From the IMG/VR virus record IMGVR_UViG_3300032144_000017, positions 1-48,210 of that record: 48,210 nt of DNA. One strand, 5' to 3'. The DNA is from a virus. Every line of letters begins with the position of its first letter. Position 1 is the stretch's first letter. The position numbers and the translations under genes are program-made. Positions 33,616-42,315 of this stretch are shown in pieces. Below the pieces are notes generated by a model, which searched no databases, was not told the origin of the DNA, and was given only the letters and a program-made list of their open reading frames with translations.

Positions 33616-36053
33616 ACAAAAACCTCGTCACAGTTACCCCATGATTCACCATATGTAGACTCGAAAGGAATTGTGAAGTCGACTCCCCAGCAAGTAATTC
33701 GGTTAGTCGAGCAAGTACGAAAGATGTCGCGACTGCGTTCAAGGTGCTGTTGGGCGAAAACTTTACACGCCTCGTCATGGACTTGGTTAACAGGCTGAAT
33801 AACAAGCTGTCTGCTTCCAGCGTCGATTCGATTACCGCGCCAGTGAAAGAGCCGCTCAAACAAGAGGTTGGTTGCATAAGTAGTGTGGGCTTGTGGCAGT
33901 TGACTAATCATTTCCCGAACCGTATTGTTATCGCGTCGTCCGAAGAAGATTCGTCTGTTACCGCTATAAGCATCCAAGTATCCGTGTGTGGAAAGTAAAG
34001 ATGCCATGCGTTCTTTGAGGATCTGGAGACCCGGATACCTCTTTTCGTAAAGGAATTGTTTATCTCGACAGACGTCAAGAGCGACATACAATTCTCCATC
34101 CGACTTTTTAAATATGTTGTCGCAAGTCGTTTTAGGACCCATGCAGTAGTTAGTTCCATGAGATACCGCTTTATACGCATCATAATCAGTCCTCTTTTTG
34201 CCGCGTTCCTTCTCCTGTAGTTTCATCGCAGCCTTGAACGCAGGGAAGTAGGACTTGATGGTTTGCCAATCAGCAGTAATGAGGTGTTCCCCGTATAACG
34301 AGGCTACCGTAAGAGCTTGTGCTGGTTTGACCCCATGTAAGAGGTCGTCCATCATTCTGTGGTCGCCAAGGGATGACAGCATAGCAGCCATAGTCCAGGC
34401 GTCTGCTCCCTCAAGGTCAGACTTACACCAAAGATTACCGGCCCCGGCCAAGAATAAGTCCTTATCTCCACTGTAGACGTTTTGAGGTTGGACTCCCCAT
34501 CCATCAGGTGGTTTATAGCCAGCAAAGCGACCAGTTTCCGTTCCAACGGCGTTGAAGAGCCAACCAATGGTGTTAGTACCCGGACGAGGTACGATAAGAC
34601 GTAACGACGAAATGCGCTTTCGCAGTTTCCGGAGTCTTCCAGCCACTCCCAAAGCTGGTAGGTTTGGAAAGTCACGAGCGAGTAAAAGGAGAGTGAGGTA
34701 ATCCTGTGTTTCTCGATACTCAACGTCTCCTTCGTCGTTGGTTTTTTTGTTATAATGAATTGGGAGTTTAAGGTCTTCATACAGCCACCGTTTCATTTTT
34801 TGAGGAGACGTGACAAAGATGTGTTTACCAGCTTTTACGTCGAGGTCGAGTTGCATTGCGTGCGCTTCTTCCTCCAAAACTTTCAGGCGCTTGTCTCGTT
34901 CAGCAAAGTTAAACTCTACTCCACGAATTGCCATGTACTGACAAACGCGGGATACACGGATATTGAATTTATAGTGTTGGTACGAACCAGACGGAAGTTC
35001 ATTGAGTTCCCGGCGGAGCTCATGTGCGCCTTGGAGGGTGACGATACAGTCTTTGCCGCAGTACTCCCATTCTTGTTGGTATGGGACTTTGCCCGACCGC
35101 GCTGCTTTAAGTACACTTTTCCAGTAGGGGTTGTCAAGGTAAAGAGAGTTAATGAACGCGAGTGACTTTTGCATTTCACAGTAGACTTCCCACTGTGCAA
35201 ACATGGTGTCAGCCACGAAGTTGGCATTTATCTTGTAGCCTCTGGCAAGAACATAGTGGTCGAAGTGTACAGCGTTTTGACCAATAAGCGGACACTTTTC
35301 GAGGACTTGACACAAGACTTTCCAGATGGCACGCTCTTCGTAAGGTTGCCAATAAAAACCAGTTGGTGTGGTGAAAGGGATAACAATTGCGCTTGAATGA
35401 TTGTACGCAATACCAATGCAAGTGATTCCGAGGTGATAGTTTGTTTCGATGTCGACACCAAGTGGAGCTCTGGACTCGAGAAATTTATGCAGTGCTTCGA
35501 GGACTTGCTTGAAGGTTGGTTGGTAATTGATATTCCACTTTTGTTCAGTCCAACCATCTCGTAGGTAGCGCCAAGCTTTTGTGAAGTCGTTAACTGCGAC
35601 AATGTTAAACTCAAACTGGCGGAAGATCTCCCGTGGGTGGAATGAGAGTAGACCAGTTCCATATGGAGTAGCAAAGGGCGCGCCTCGTTCTTCTTCAAGG
35701 TCTCCACTGAAATCGTGCTTAATGAAGCGAGCGGTTTGTCGACCGAGTCCAAACAGGAGCTTAGGCTTGACTTCGTCGATAATGCGGTTAAGTTCTTCAA
35801 CCTCGTTTTTAAGGACGGGCTCAGGAACGCTGGCGAACTTGGCGTTTTTGGGGAAGAAACTGAGTATGTTTGCATACGCTGGACGGCTGGCTAAATCCCA
35901 ACCTGCTTTTGCTTGTAATTGTATAAGTTGACCGAGATGAGAGTGCATGAACGGACTGGCGATAGCGCTCTCAGAGTAAGGGCAGTCGCCCACTATGAGA
36001 GCCCCATTCCAGTTACGGGGCATGATTAGTTTAGAGGTCTTGTAATTAGACAT
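33612..36053 (-). CDS. family A DNA polymerase with a UDG-like N-terminal region
   Basis: Motif A DLEGADAW, motif B YKAVSHGTNYCMG, motif C NQVHDE. Exo-like GVDIETN. The N-terminus, GDCPYSE..SPF..HLGQL, resembles a degenerate family-4 UDG motif. The likely start is the ATG at 36053 (MSNYKTSK), preceded by AAGGAG. The track starts at 36107. Confidence 0.85.
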   Translation of the reverse strand: MSNYKTSKLIMPRNWNGALIVGDCPYSESAIASPFMHSHLGQLIQLQAKAGWDLASRPAYANILSFFPKNAKFASVPEPVLKNEVEELNRIIDEVKPKLLFGLGRQTARFIKHDFSGDLEEERGAPFATPYGTGLLSFHPREIFRQFEFNIVAVNDFTKAWRYLRDGWTEQKWNINYQPTFKQVLEALHKFLESRAPLGVDIETNYHLGITCIGIAYNHSSAIVIPFTTPTGFYWQPYEERAIWKVLCQVLEKCPLIGQNAVHFDHYVLARGYKINANFVADTMFAQWEVYCEMQKSLAFINSLYLDNPYWKSVLKAARSGKVPYQQEWEYCGKDCIVTLQGAHELRRELNELPSGSYQHYKFNIRVSRVCQYMAIRGVEFNFAERDKRLKVLEEEAHAMQLDLDVKAGKHIFVTSPQKMKRWLYEDLKLPIHYNKKTNDEGDVEYRETQDYLTLLLLARDFPNLPALGVAGRLRKLRKRISSLRLIVPRPGTNTIGWLFNAVGTETGRFAGYKPPDGWGVQPQNVYSGDKDLFLAGAGNLWCKSDLEGADAWTMAAMLSSLGDHRMMDDLLHGVKPAQALTVASLYGEHLITADWQTIKSYFPAFKAAMKLQEKERGKKRTDYDAYKAVSHGTNYCMGPKTTCDNIFKKSDGELYVALDVCRDKQFLYEKRYPGLQILKERMASLLSTHGYLDAYSGNRRIFFGRRDNNTVREMISQLPQAHTTYATNLLFERLFHWRGNRIDAGSRQLVIQPVNQVHDEACKVFAQQHLERSRDIFRTCSTNRITCWGVDFTIPFESTYGESWGNCDEVFV

Positions 36054-36054
36054 G

Positions 36055-36219
36055 TTATTTAGACTCCTTAAACATGTACGGTGCAGGTATAGCATTTTTA
36101 ATAACACTGCGTGGATAACCTACAACATGCTCTGCTTTGGTCCTGTCTGGCTTCTTCTCTCCAAAACTACGAGGCTGTTTAGTGCGATCAGAATAGATAG
36201 AGTTCGGATTAAGTTTCAT
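36055..36219 (-). CDS. small ORF (54 aa) not on the track
   Basis: Hand-translated: MKLNPNSIYSDRTKQPRSFGEKKPDRTKAEHVVGYPRSVIKNAIPAPYMFKESK. The ATG follows the 3' end of element B, and the stop is 1 nt before the polymerase ATG. Confidence 0.4.
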   Translation of the reverse strand: MKLNPNSIYSDRTKQPRSFGEKKPDRTKAEHVVGYPRSVIKNAIPAPYMFKESK

Positions 36220-36443
36220 AATTTTACTTTTTATTTGTTTTCGTCTCGCTCGCGCCTAGCTCGCTACGCTCGCTGGCGCTCCCTCGTCCGGACACGCTTC
36301 GCGCACCATAGGCATGCGCGCGTCCGTCCTGCTACCCGCACCGGACAAGCCGGTGCTAGCCATGCGTTGTGCCTCCGGCACCCGAACCCTGCTGTCGATC
36401 CGATCAAACCGGCTGAGTGAGTGTGCATGGAGTGAGTGGTTGG
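36220..36443 (-). repeat. GC-rich non-coding element B
   Basis: The - strand carries GTGCC-GGA-GGCAC (36369..36381) and a 57-nt 3' block (36237..36293) about 80 percent identical to element A 10191..10250. Hairpin GCGCC-N18-GGCGC. Confidence 0.7.
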
Positions 36444-36467
36444 ACTATATCGAATTTCGATAAAGTC
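36443..36467 (-). promoter_or_regulatory. 24-bp palindromic motif, copy 9
   Basis: The - strand reads TG[A]CTTTATCGAAATTCGATATAGTC. The stop of the small ORF 36466..36636 overlaps its first base. Confidence 0.85.
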
Positions 36468-36636
36468 ACAGGTGCGAAGGAATGATGTGCGCAAGCACCA
36501 TAGGTCTACACAGGATAGCAGACGGAGAAATACCGGCATCGTAATATTTCTCCGCCAGACCACGGTGGATGATGTAGCCAGTGCGCCGGTCGAGCCAGCG
36601 ACACCAACGGGTATACGACCAGCGACGAGGCTTCAT
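36466..36636 (-). CDS. small ORF (56 aa) not on the track
   Basis: Hand-translated: MKPRRWSYTRWCRWLDRRTGYIIHRGLAEKYYDAGISPSAILCRPMVLAHIIPSHL. The ATG is 2 nt after the upstream stop. Confidence 0.4.
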   Translation of the reverse strand: MKPRRWSYTRWCRWLDRRTGYIIHRGLAEKYYDAGISPSAILCRPMVLAHIIPSHL

Positions 36637-36638
36637 GT

Positions 36639-36920
36639 CTAGAGAGCCGCCAGTAGACTGGGTTTGTCTGAGTATATCTCTTTCTCATTGCGGTCAATGA
36701 AGAAACCAGACATGCTGGAGGAGTCATAACGAAACTTCTGCCAGTCCTCGCAGTCGACCAGATCGTAACGGAACGAGATGCCACCTGTGTTGCGTTCACC
36801 GTTTACGTGGACCTGATAGACGAAGCATTCGAGTACCTTGTTATCGTGCATGATCCACACACGTTGCCAGATAGCAAACGCAGGAGTGATAGCTTTAGTA
36901 GTAGGGATGCCAGTAAACAT
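36639..36920 (-). CDS. hypothetical protein (93 aa)
   Basis: Track ORF 36639..37100 trimmed to the ATG at 36920 (MFTGIPTT), which lies 1 nt after the stop of 36922..37134. Confidence 0.45.
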   Translation of the reverse strand: MFTGIPTTKAITPAFAIWQRVWIMHDNKVLECFVYQVHVNGERNTGGISFRYDLVDCEDWQKFRYDSSSMSGFFIDRNEKEIYSDKPSLLAAL

Positions 36921-36921
36921 A

Positions 36922-37134
36922 CTATTTTTTGGTTGAAGAATTAAGGGCGCGGAGTCTTTTGGTAGTAGCAAGAAGCACTGCATCAGGCACATCAATGGTG
37001 CGTGCGCGCTCGAAGGTCTCGGAGGTTTCATTGAACAGGTAGAACGAGTCACGAAACCACGTCTTGTGATAGTAACATTCGACGCGGAAGGTAACACCAA
37101 GGTGTTCGATAAGGAAGGTTTTACTCGTCGACAT
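36922..37134 (-). CDS. hypothetical protein (70 aa)
   Basis: Track ORF 36922..37284 trimmed to the ATG at 37134 (MSTSKTF), overlapping the ligase end by 14 nt. Confidence 0.4.
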   Translation of the reverse strand: MSTSKTFLIEHLGVTFRVECYYHKTWFRDSFYLFNETSETFERARTIDVPDAVLLATTKRLRALNSSTKK

Positions 37135-37960
37135 TAGAAGTTGAAGGTTTAACGAATCTACACTCGCGTGGACTTTTGTCTTCGCGAAAGCGCTCGAAGT
37201 TACAATGACGAAATGCACCGGATTCGAAGCGCGCCTTACCACTAACTTCAATAACTTTGTTAATGAAACCAGTGGGGTGATCAAACATTAGTTGGCGCTG
37301 CTCGTTAGACCAGCCACCGCCAACGTCCATGACAGGAACCAGCTCGTCGCCTACGTACTGGCCCACAGTGGCAGAGCCCATCCTACCTACGTTAGCGCGT
37401 TCGCCCTCGTTAATGTTCATGATTACGAAGTCATCAGTAACATCGAGCTTATAACGACCAATATCACCAGTATAAGGTTGAGACCAGTTGCGAACCACAA
37501 AGCCTTCGTACGCACGGGTGCGCTTAAGCGTAGCCACGGTACGTTCAATATTATTGCTAGTGGTGTAAGTATTAACGAGGTGCAGGCGAGGATGCCCAAC
37601 AGTTGATACAAGCTGTTTAAGTGCTGCATAGCGAACGTGGTAGGGTTGGGTGCGAACGTCTTCGCCGTTCAGGAATAGGATGTCAAACGCGTACAGCTTC
37701 CCAAGTCGTTCGGGATTCTGCGCCCACTGGGAGCCGTACATAAACTCGCTGGCGATTAGCGTACTAGCAGGCCAACGAGGCACGTCAAGTGTGCCTTTGT
37801 TTAAGCCGTTGCGGCTCGTAATCAACTTGCCATCAAAACAGGACCAGATACCGTCATACTTGAATTGCATGACCTCATACGTAGCTGCCTGTGCAACGTC
37901 AACATCCTTAGCGGTTTGACGATCTAACTCTAACGTTGGGAATAGCGGGTGGATGAACAT
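37121..37960 (-). CDS. ATP-dependent DNA ligase
   Basis: Adenylation motif I KYDG (VMQFKYDGIW). 279 aa, typical of minimal phage ligases. Confidence 0.75.
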   Translation of the reverse strand: MFIHPLFPTLELDRQTAKDVDVAQAATYEVMQFKYDGIWSCFDGKLITSRNGLNKGTLDVPRWPASTLIASEFMYGSQWAQNPERLGKLYAFDILFLNGEDVRTQPYHVRYAALKQLVSTVGHPRLHLVNTYTTSNNIERTVATLKRTRAYEGFVVRNWSQPYTGDIGRYKLDVTDDFVIMNINEGERANVGRMGSATVGQYVGDELVPVMDVGGGWSNEQRQLMFDHPTGFINKVIEVSGKARFESGAFRHCNFERFREDKSPRECRFVKPSTSNVDE

Positions 37961-37965
37961 AAAGG

Positions 37966-39459
37966 TTAAAGAGGTAGTTCGGAGAGCAAGCCCTCGCTTA
38001 CGCCCTTCTTACCGAGGCGTTCTTGGATGTAGTTGAGTCCGTTGGCGATGTGAGTCTCGTCGATCTCAATACCGAAGGGAACCCTCTTACGTTTAAACGC
38101 TTGTGCGAGGAACGAACCCTCTCCTGCGAACGGGTCGATGATGATGTCGCCTTCTTGAGAGACAGAGTCGATGAGGTAATCCCACACTTCTGGCGGCTTC
38201 ACAAACGGGTGGCTAGCCGAGCTTACGCTGTCGCAGCAAATCCAGTTCTTGTTCTGTTTGGTGCGGAGGATGCTCTTCTCCGACTTCCGCATAATCATGC
38301 AGACTTCGGTGGCTTTGGTAATGTTGTACTGAGCTTGACTGTTTGAGCAGGGGCTGGTCTTGCACCACACGAGTGGCCAGCGAGTAACACGCCAACCGAT
38401 TTTGCCTGCCCAGTCTTGGAGCTTTTCTTGATGGTCCAGGTCGTACCACATGCACAGGAAACCGTCTTCTGCGACGTTGTCGAAGGCAACACGAAGGAAG
38501 TCTTGCAGCAGTGACATGTTACCAGCCACTTGGTGGGTGTCTTCAATACGCTCGATCTTGCCTGGTGCTGCTGATAGGTTGTCAGTATTGATTCCATAAG
38601 GCGGATCACAGATGATGTGAGAGATTTTACCAGAGCTGGCGATCTGCGGTATTAGCTTTAAGCAATCACCGTGGTAGTAGAGTTTAGAAATGTCGGTAAC
38701 AGAAAGCAAAGGCTGGTCGCGCTTGGCCGCAGGAAGGTTAATCTTTATCGGATCTACTGTGGTGACAGTAACAGTGGCGGCAGCGAGGTCCACGTTCTTA
38801 GCCGTGAGCGCACGCTTAGAGTTGATGCGAGACAACTGTTCCTTTGCAGCTTCGTCGCGCTCTCCAGCCACCAACAGTTGAACGGCCTCAAACATGCTCG
38901 AGGCCTTCCACAAAGCAGAGTCCTTGTTCTTGACCATGTGCTTCGCCACTTTAATGGCGGTCGAGACGCTGCTTTGCGGCACACCAAGAATCTCCGAGGT
39001 TGCATCTTGTGACCAACGTAAATGATCTGTGAGTGCTTCTTTGGTCGCCAGCCGGTGGTAGTCTACAATGCCAAACATGTTCTCCTGCCAAGTCATACTC
39101 TTGCGTTTGAGGTTCTCGTCAAGCTCCAACATCCGGCGCTTCGCGGGAGACAAAGACTCGAGTTCGGTTACAGGGATGATGCTATAATACTGAGAATACG
39201 GCATACTGTCGCCATTTGGCATCGTCACGACTTTATCTAATTTCGATAAAGTATTAAAAGAAGCAAAGCGTCGGCCTCCGGCAACCAGATTGTTATTAGC
39301 ATCAATTACTACTGGATGCATGAGCCCGCGTGTTGAGGCGAGGTCGACCTGATTACGCTCGATACTATCTATTAGTAGTTCGAGTTCGCTCATGTCTTTG
39401 CGCAGACGCTCTTGGTCTACAACGATGTCAGTTAGCTTTCGGTAGTTTAGGTTGTTCAT
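37966..39459 (-). CDS. ParB-like N-terminal domain fused to an N6/N4 DNA methyltransferase
   Basis: ParB box GLMHPVVI...LVAGGRR. Methyltransferase motif IV DPPYG and AdoMet motif IIIDPFAGEGS. Confidence 0.8.
   Translation of the reverse strand: MNNLNYRKLTDIVVDQERLRKDMSELELLIDSIERNQVDLASTRGLMHPVVIDANNNLVAGGRRFASFNTLSKLDKVVTMPNGDSMPYSQYYSIIPVTELESLSPAKRRMLELDENLKRKSMTWQENMFGIVDYHRLATKEALTDHLRWSQDATSEILGVPQSSVSTAIKVAKHMVKNKDSALWKASSMFEAVQLLVAGERDEAAKEQLSRINSKRALTAKNVDLAAATVTVTTVDPIKINLPAAKRDQPLLSVTDISKLYYHGDCLKLIPQIASSGKISHIICDPPYGINTDNLSAAPGKIERIEDTHQVAGNMSLLQDFLRVAFDNVAEDGFLCMWYDLDHQEKLQDWAGKIGWRVTRWPLVWCKTSPCSNSQAQYNITKATEVCMIMRKSEKSILRTKQNKNWICCDSVSSASHPFVKPPEVWDYLIDSVSQEGDIIIDPFAGEGSFLAQAFKRKRVPFGIEIDETHIANGLNYIQERLGKKGVSEGLLSELPL
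39229..39252 (-). promoter_or_regulatory. 24-bp palindromic motif, copy 10 (inside the ParB-methyltransferase gene, in frame)
   Basis: ACT TTA TCG AAA TTA GAT AAA GTC encodes TLSKLDKV at codons 70-77, followed by GTG ACG ATG. Confidence 0.85.
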
Positions 39460-39461
39460 GT

Positions 39462-39629
39462 TTAGCGTTCGCGTACGTTAGACTGAGGCTTATTGTCGTC
39501 TGGCTTCTCTTTAATACGAAGCGTTGGCTTCTCGTAAATGTCCTCGCCAGACTCCTCGCGAGGAATTGGTTTGCGTGGGCGTTCGACTTCCGTGGGTCCG
39601 TCAGGTGCGTCATCAGGGTTAATACTCAT
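39462..39629 (-). CDS. small ORF (55 aa) not on the track
   Basis: Hand-translated: MSINPDDAPDGPTEVERPRKPIPREESGEDIYEKPTLRIKEKPDDNKPQSNVRER. ATGA overlap with the upstream stop. Confidence 0.45.
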   Translation of the reverse strand: MSINPDDAPDGPTEVERPRKPIPREESGEDIYEKPTLRIKEKPDDNKPQSNVRER

Positions 39630-39910
39630 GGTTTTAGGTTGTTAAGTTTGGTGACTATGGCACTGGCAAGCTTATAGTTAGAATGGTTCGCGTCAATGAA
39701 CAGCGCGATGACTAGGTTAGCGGTGCCTTCTTCAGTAAGGGAGCGACCAAACACTCGGTCCAGCTCAGCCTTGTCTGCTTCGGTCACATCTGGTAAGGCA
39801 ATCAGCTTTTCGTACAGCGGGCTTGGGAACACGGCGAGTTTTTCGTCTGCCAGTTCGAAGCCCAACAAGGTTAGGCCTTCCAGTATTCGAGTTGCGTGCG
39901 CATTTGTCAT
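39626..39910 (-). CDS. hypothetical protein (94 aa)
   Basis: ORF track. Confidence 0.5.
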   Translation of the reverse strand: MTNAHATRILEGLTLLGFELADEKLAVFPSPLYEKLIALPDVTEADKAELDRVFGRSLTEEGTANLVIALFIDANHSNYKLASAIVTKLNNLKP

Positions 39911-39926
39911 AGGATTTGTTTATACA

Positions 39927-39964
39927 TAAAAAAGCCCCCACCAAGCACCATGCTCAGTGGAGGC
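39927..39964 (-). terminator. Rho-independent terminator
   Basis: The - strand reads GCCTCCAC-(tgAGCAtggTGCTtg)-GTGGGGGC followed by TTTTTTATG. Lies downstream of CDS 40024..40488. Confidence 0.75.
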
Positions 39965-40023
39965 CCTCTTCAACCACAAACCAAGTTATTAGTATTTGTG
40001 GTTATACAGCGTGATTGCTGTAA

Positions 40024-40488
40024 TTAGATGGACGGAGGCGTGAAGTTGTCCTCAGCCGTAATCGGGAGGAACTTCGAGATGCTATTCCGGTCCGGGAGGT
40101 TCTTGCCATCAACGCGACCAGCCGGTTCGAACTCGAGAACAACCTTGAGGTACTCGGAGATGTCTTCAATGTTGAAGTCGTCTTCGGACTTCTCGTCGCG
40201 ACCAGAGGCGAGAGCGAGTTCCTTGATAGCGCGATCCGGGTCGTACTTCTCGGTCTTCACCATGGAGATCCAACGCGTGCACAAGGCGTTACCCTTGTTC
40301 TCGCGCTTCTCGCCATCAAAACGAATAAGGGTGTCGTCGAGCAGCTTGACCTGAATGACCAGGTTGTTGCCAGTCTTGGGCTTGTTGGGTTCGAGTTTCT
40401 TGCTGGTGACTTTGGCGAAGTACGTACCGGCGGCGACTACCAAGAAGCCAGCCTCGACGTCTTTGAGGTTGTTTGTATTGAGTTTCAT
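40024..40488 (-). CDS. putative ssDNA-binding protein (DUF669-like)
   Basis: 154 aa with an acidic C-terminal region. Downstream of the Sak4-like ATPase, as in known Sak4 recombination modules. Has its own strong terminator. Confidence 0.4.
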   Translation of the reverse strand: MKLNTNNLKDVEAGFLVVAAGTYFAKVTSKKLEPNKPKTGNNLVIQVKLLDDTLIRFDGEKRENKGNALCTRWISMVKTEKYDPDRAIKELALASGRDEKSEDDFNIEDISEYLKVVLEFEPAGRVDGKNLPDRNSISKFLPITAEDNFTPPSI

Positions 40489-40551
40489 TTTGTTTTGTAT
40501 GTTGGTTAGTTTTGGTTGTTTGTTTTTGTATGTTACGTGAGTAACAAAGTG

Positions 40552-40863
40552 TTAGCGAAGCGGGTCAAACTCACTGGCGCCAAGCTCAGCGCCAATGTGA
40601 TTCATATGACGGATGTCATTAAGCTCCATGACGACTTGGCCGTCAAAGTGCTGATGCTTCTGAAACTGGTGAACGAGCTGATGGTGGTCAGCGCGGAGAC
40701 TGGAGAACTGGCCACGCAGCTGTTTAAGCTGGACGCACAGGACCATAATCTTTTCTGGGTCTGTCAACTCAGCGAAGGGTTTTGGCTTGCGAAGACCAAG
40801 GATGGTCTCGCGTGCCGCGTCCTCTTGTGCCGAGATGTATGGGACTGGTTTCTTCTTAGACAT
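40552..40863 (-). CDS. hypothetical protein (103 aa)
   Basis: Track ORF trimmed to the ATG at 40863 (MSKKKPVPY), overlapping the upstream stop by 8 nt. Confidence 0.5.
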   Translation of the reverse strand: MSKKKPVPYISAQEDAARETILGLRKPKPFAELTDPEKIMVLCVQLKQLRGQFSSLRADHHQLVHQFQKHQHFDGQVVMELNDIRHMNHIGAELGASEFDPLR

Positions 40864-41116
40864 CGTCGTCCTCCGGTGCGTCGGACGGTTCATCCTCCTC
40901 GACTTCGCAGAACTCGTCGTCCCACTCGTCGTCGACTTTCATGGTGCCCTCGGTGTTGGCTTCGTGGTCAACATCAGATATCTGGTCGATGGTAACAGTC
41001 CCCGCACCGGATACATCCAGTTTGGAGATGATGGCAGACTTTTCGAGGCTCCGCAAGGACTCATAGCCCTCTTCAGAAACATCGAGTACGGTAACAGTCG
41101 TAATCTTAATGTACAT
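40856..41116 (-). CDS. highly acidic small protein (86 aa)
   Basis: Asp/Glu-rich C-terminus (DDEWDDEFCEVEEDEPSDAPEDDDV). Confidence 0.5.
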   Translation of the reverse strand: MYIKITTVTVLDVSEEGYESLRSLEKSAIISKLDVSGAGTVTIDQISDVDHEANTEGTMKVDDEWDDEFCEVEEDEPSDAPEDDDV

Positions 41117-41138
41117 ACTTATTGATGGTTGATGGTTG

Positions 41139-41921
41139 TTATTTGACTATCTGACTAAAGATTTTCGCCTTCTCGACTTCCCAGTCGAACTCGTCGGGAA
41201 GACCCTTGAGCGAGCACTTGGCATCGTAGTTAGGTGCGGGTTGGACGCGCACAATGTAGCTAGCAGGACCGCTGGTGCCCTTCTTTACTGAGCAGCGCCA
41301 GATGTCCGAGAAGTAGATGCCGAACGCGTCTTTCATCTTGGTGCCAATAGCTAGTACGAGTTTGTCTTTGACCTCAGTCTCGTGAGCGATAAACACCACG
41401 TTCTTGTCGAGGTCAGTGGCGCACAACAGCTCGTCGCCCATCCACTTCAGGTAACGAGTGAAGTCACCCCAGTGTTGGATTTGCATGTTGACTGCCGGGT
41501 CGCCAGTCTTGAGAATCTTGTCGATTAACTTCTCAGCCAGTGTGGTGAGGGAGTCGATGATAATGGTCTTGACGGAGTCGTCAGCACTTACAATCTCCAA
41601 CTGCTTGACGAAGTTATCCCACACGTCAATGTCTTTGACAGACTTACCAGTCTTGACATCCTCCAGTGGGTTGACAATCTTCAGACGAGCAACTAGCTCA
41701 GGGTCAAGATTGCGCAGACCTGACAGGTTGTTGTCGAAGTTAAACAAGCACGGGCTCGGAAACTGAACCGCTTTCGTGGTCTTGCGCGTACCATTCCCAC
41801 CTTTGAGGAGGAGTGTAATAGGCGTATGTTTCTCGTCGTACTTCTTGTATATACTATGAACAGGAGCTGTCACCACAGGTGGCGAAGCTACGGGTGTAGG
41901 TTGAGGCATTGTGGCTGGCAT
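41139..41921 (-). CDS. Sak4-like RecA-fold ATPase (AAA_24-like)
   Basis: Walker A LLLKGGNGTRKTT and Walker B IIIDSLTTL. About 260 aa. Confidence 0.65.
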   Translation of the reverse strand: MPATMPQPTPVASPPVVTAPVHSIYKKYDEKHTPITLLLKGGNGTRKTTKAVQFPSPCLFNFDNNLSGLRNLDPELVARLKIVNPLEDVKTGKSVKDIDVWDNFVKQLEIVSADDSVKTIIIDSLTTLAEKLIDKILKTGDPAVNMQIQHWGDFTRYLKWMGDELLCATDLDKNVVFIAHETEVKDKLVLAIGTKMKDAFGIYFSDIWRCSVKKGTSGPASYIVRVQPAPNYDAKCSLKGLPDEFDWEVEKAKIFSQIVK

Positions 41922-41923
41922 AA

Positions 41924-42160
41924 TTAGTTTAAGGCGACCACCTTCGTTACGGGCTGGTTCCTAATGCGTTGAGCGGCTGACTTCTTCCGTGCAACCACGA
42001 CTACCGTACGTACGGGGCGGTTGAACGGACTATAGTAACACACACGGTCGTGAGGGCCAGCTTCACCGCTGGCGAGTAGGCTGTTTAGAGTGAAGATAAG
42101 GTCTTTGACTTTCACCGTTCGACAGTCTTCACGTCTGGCGACGCACATGCGGCGTTCCAC
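41924..42160 (-). CDS. hypothetical protein (78 aa; start uncertain)
   Basis: ORF track. Confidence 0.4.
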   Translation of the reverse strand: MERRMCVARREDCRTVKVKDLIFTLNSLLASGEAGPHDRVCYYSPFNRPVRTVVVVARKKSAAQRIRNQPVTKVVALN

Positions 42161-42309
42161 GCGAAGGCTTCCTCCTCAGTAAGTTGAGAGGTTTCACTGT
42201 GGTAGAGCGTATGGTTTACTTTGTCAATGGCAGTTGTTAGGTGCACACTGACTAGGTCTGGAGGTACTATCCAAACCTGGCGACCAACCTTGTAGACTGT
42301 GGTAAGCAT
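42112..42309 (-). CDS. hypothetical protein (65 aa)
   Basis: ORF track. Confidence 0.4.
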   Translation of the reverse strand: MLTTVYKVGRQVWIVPPDLVSVHLTTAIDKVNHTLYHSETSQLTEEEAFAWNAACASPDVKTVER

Positions 42310-42315
42310 AAATTA

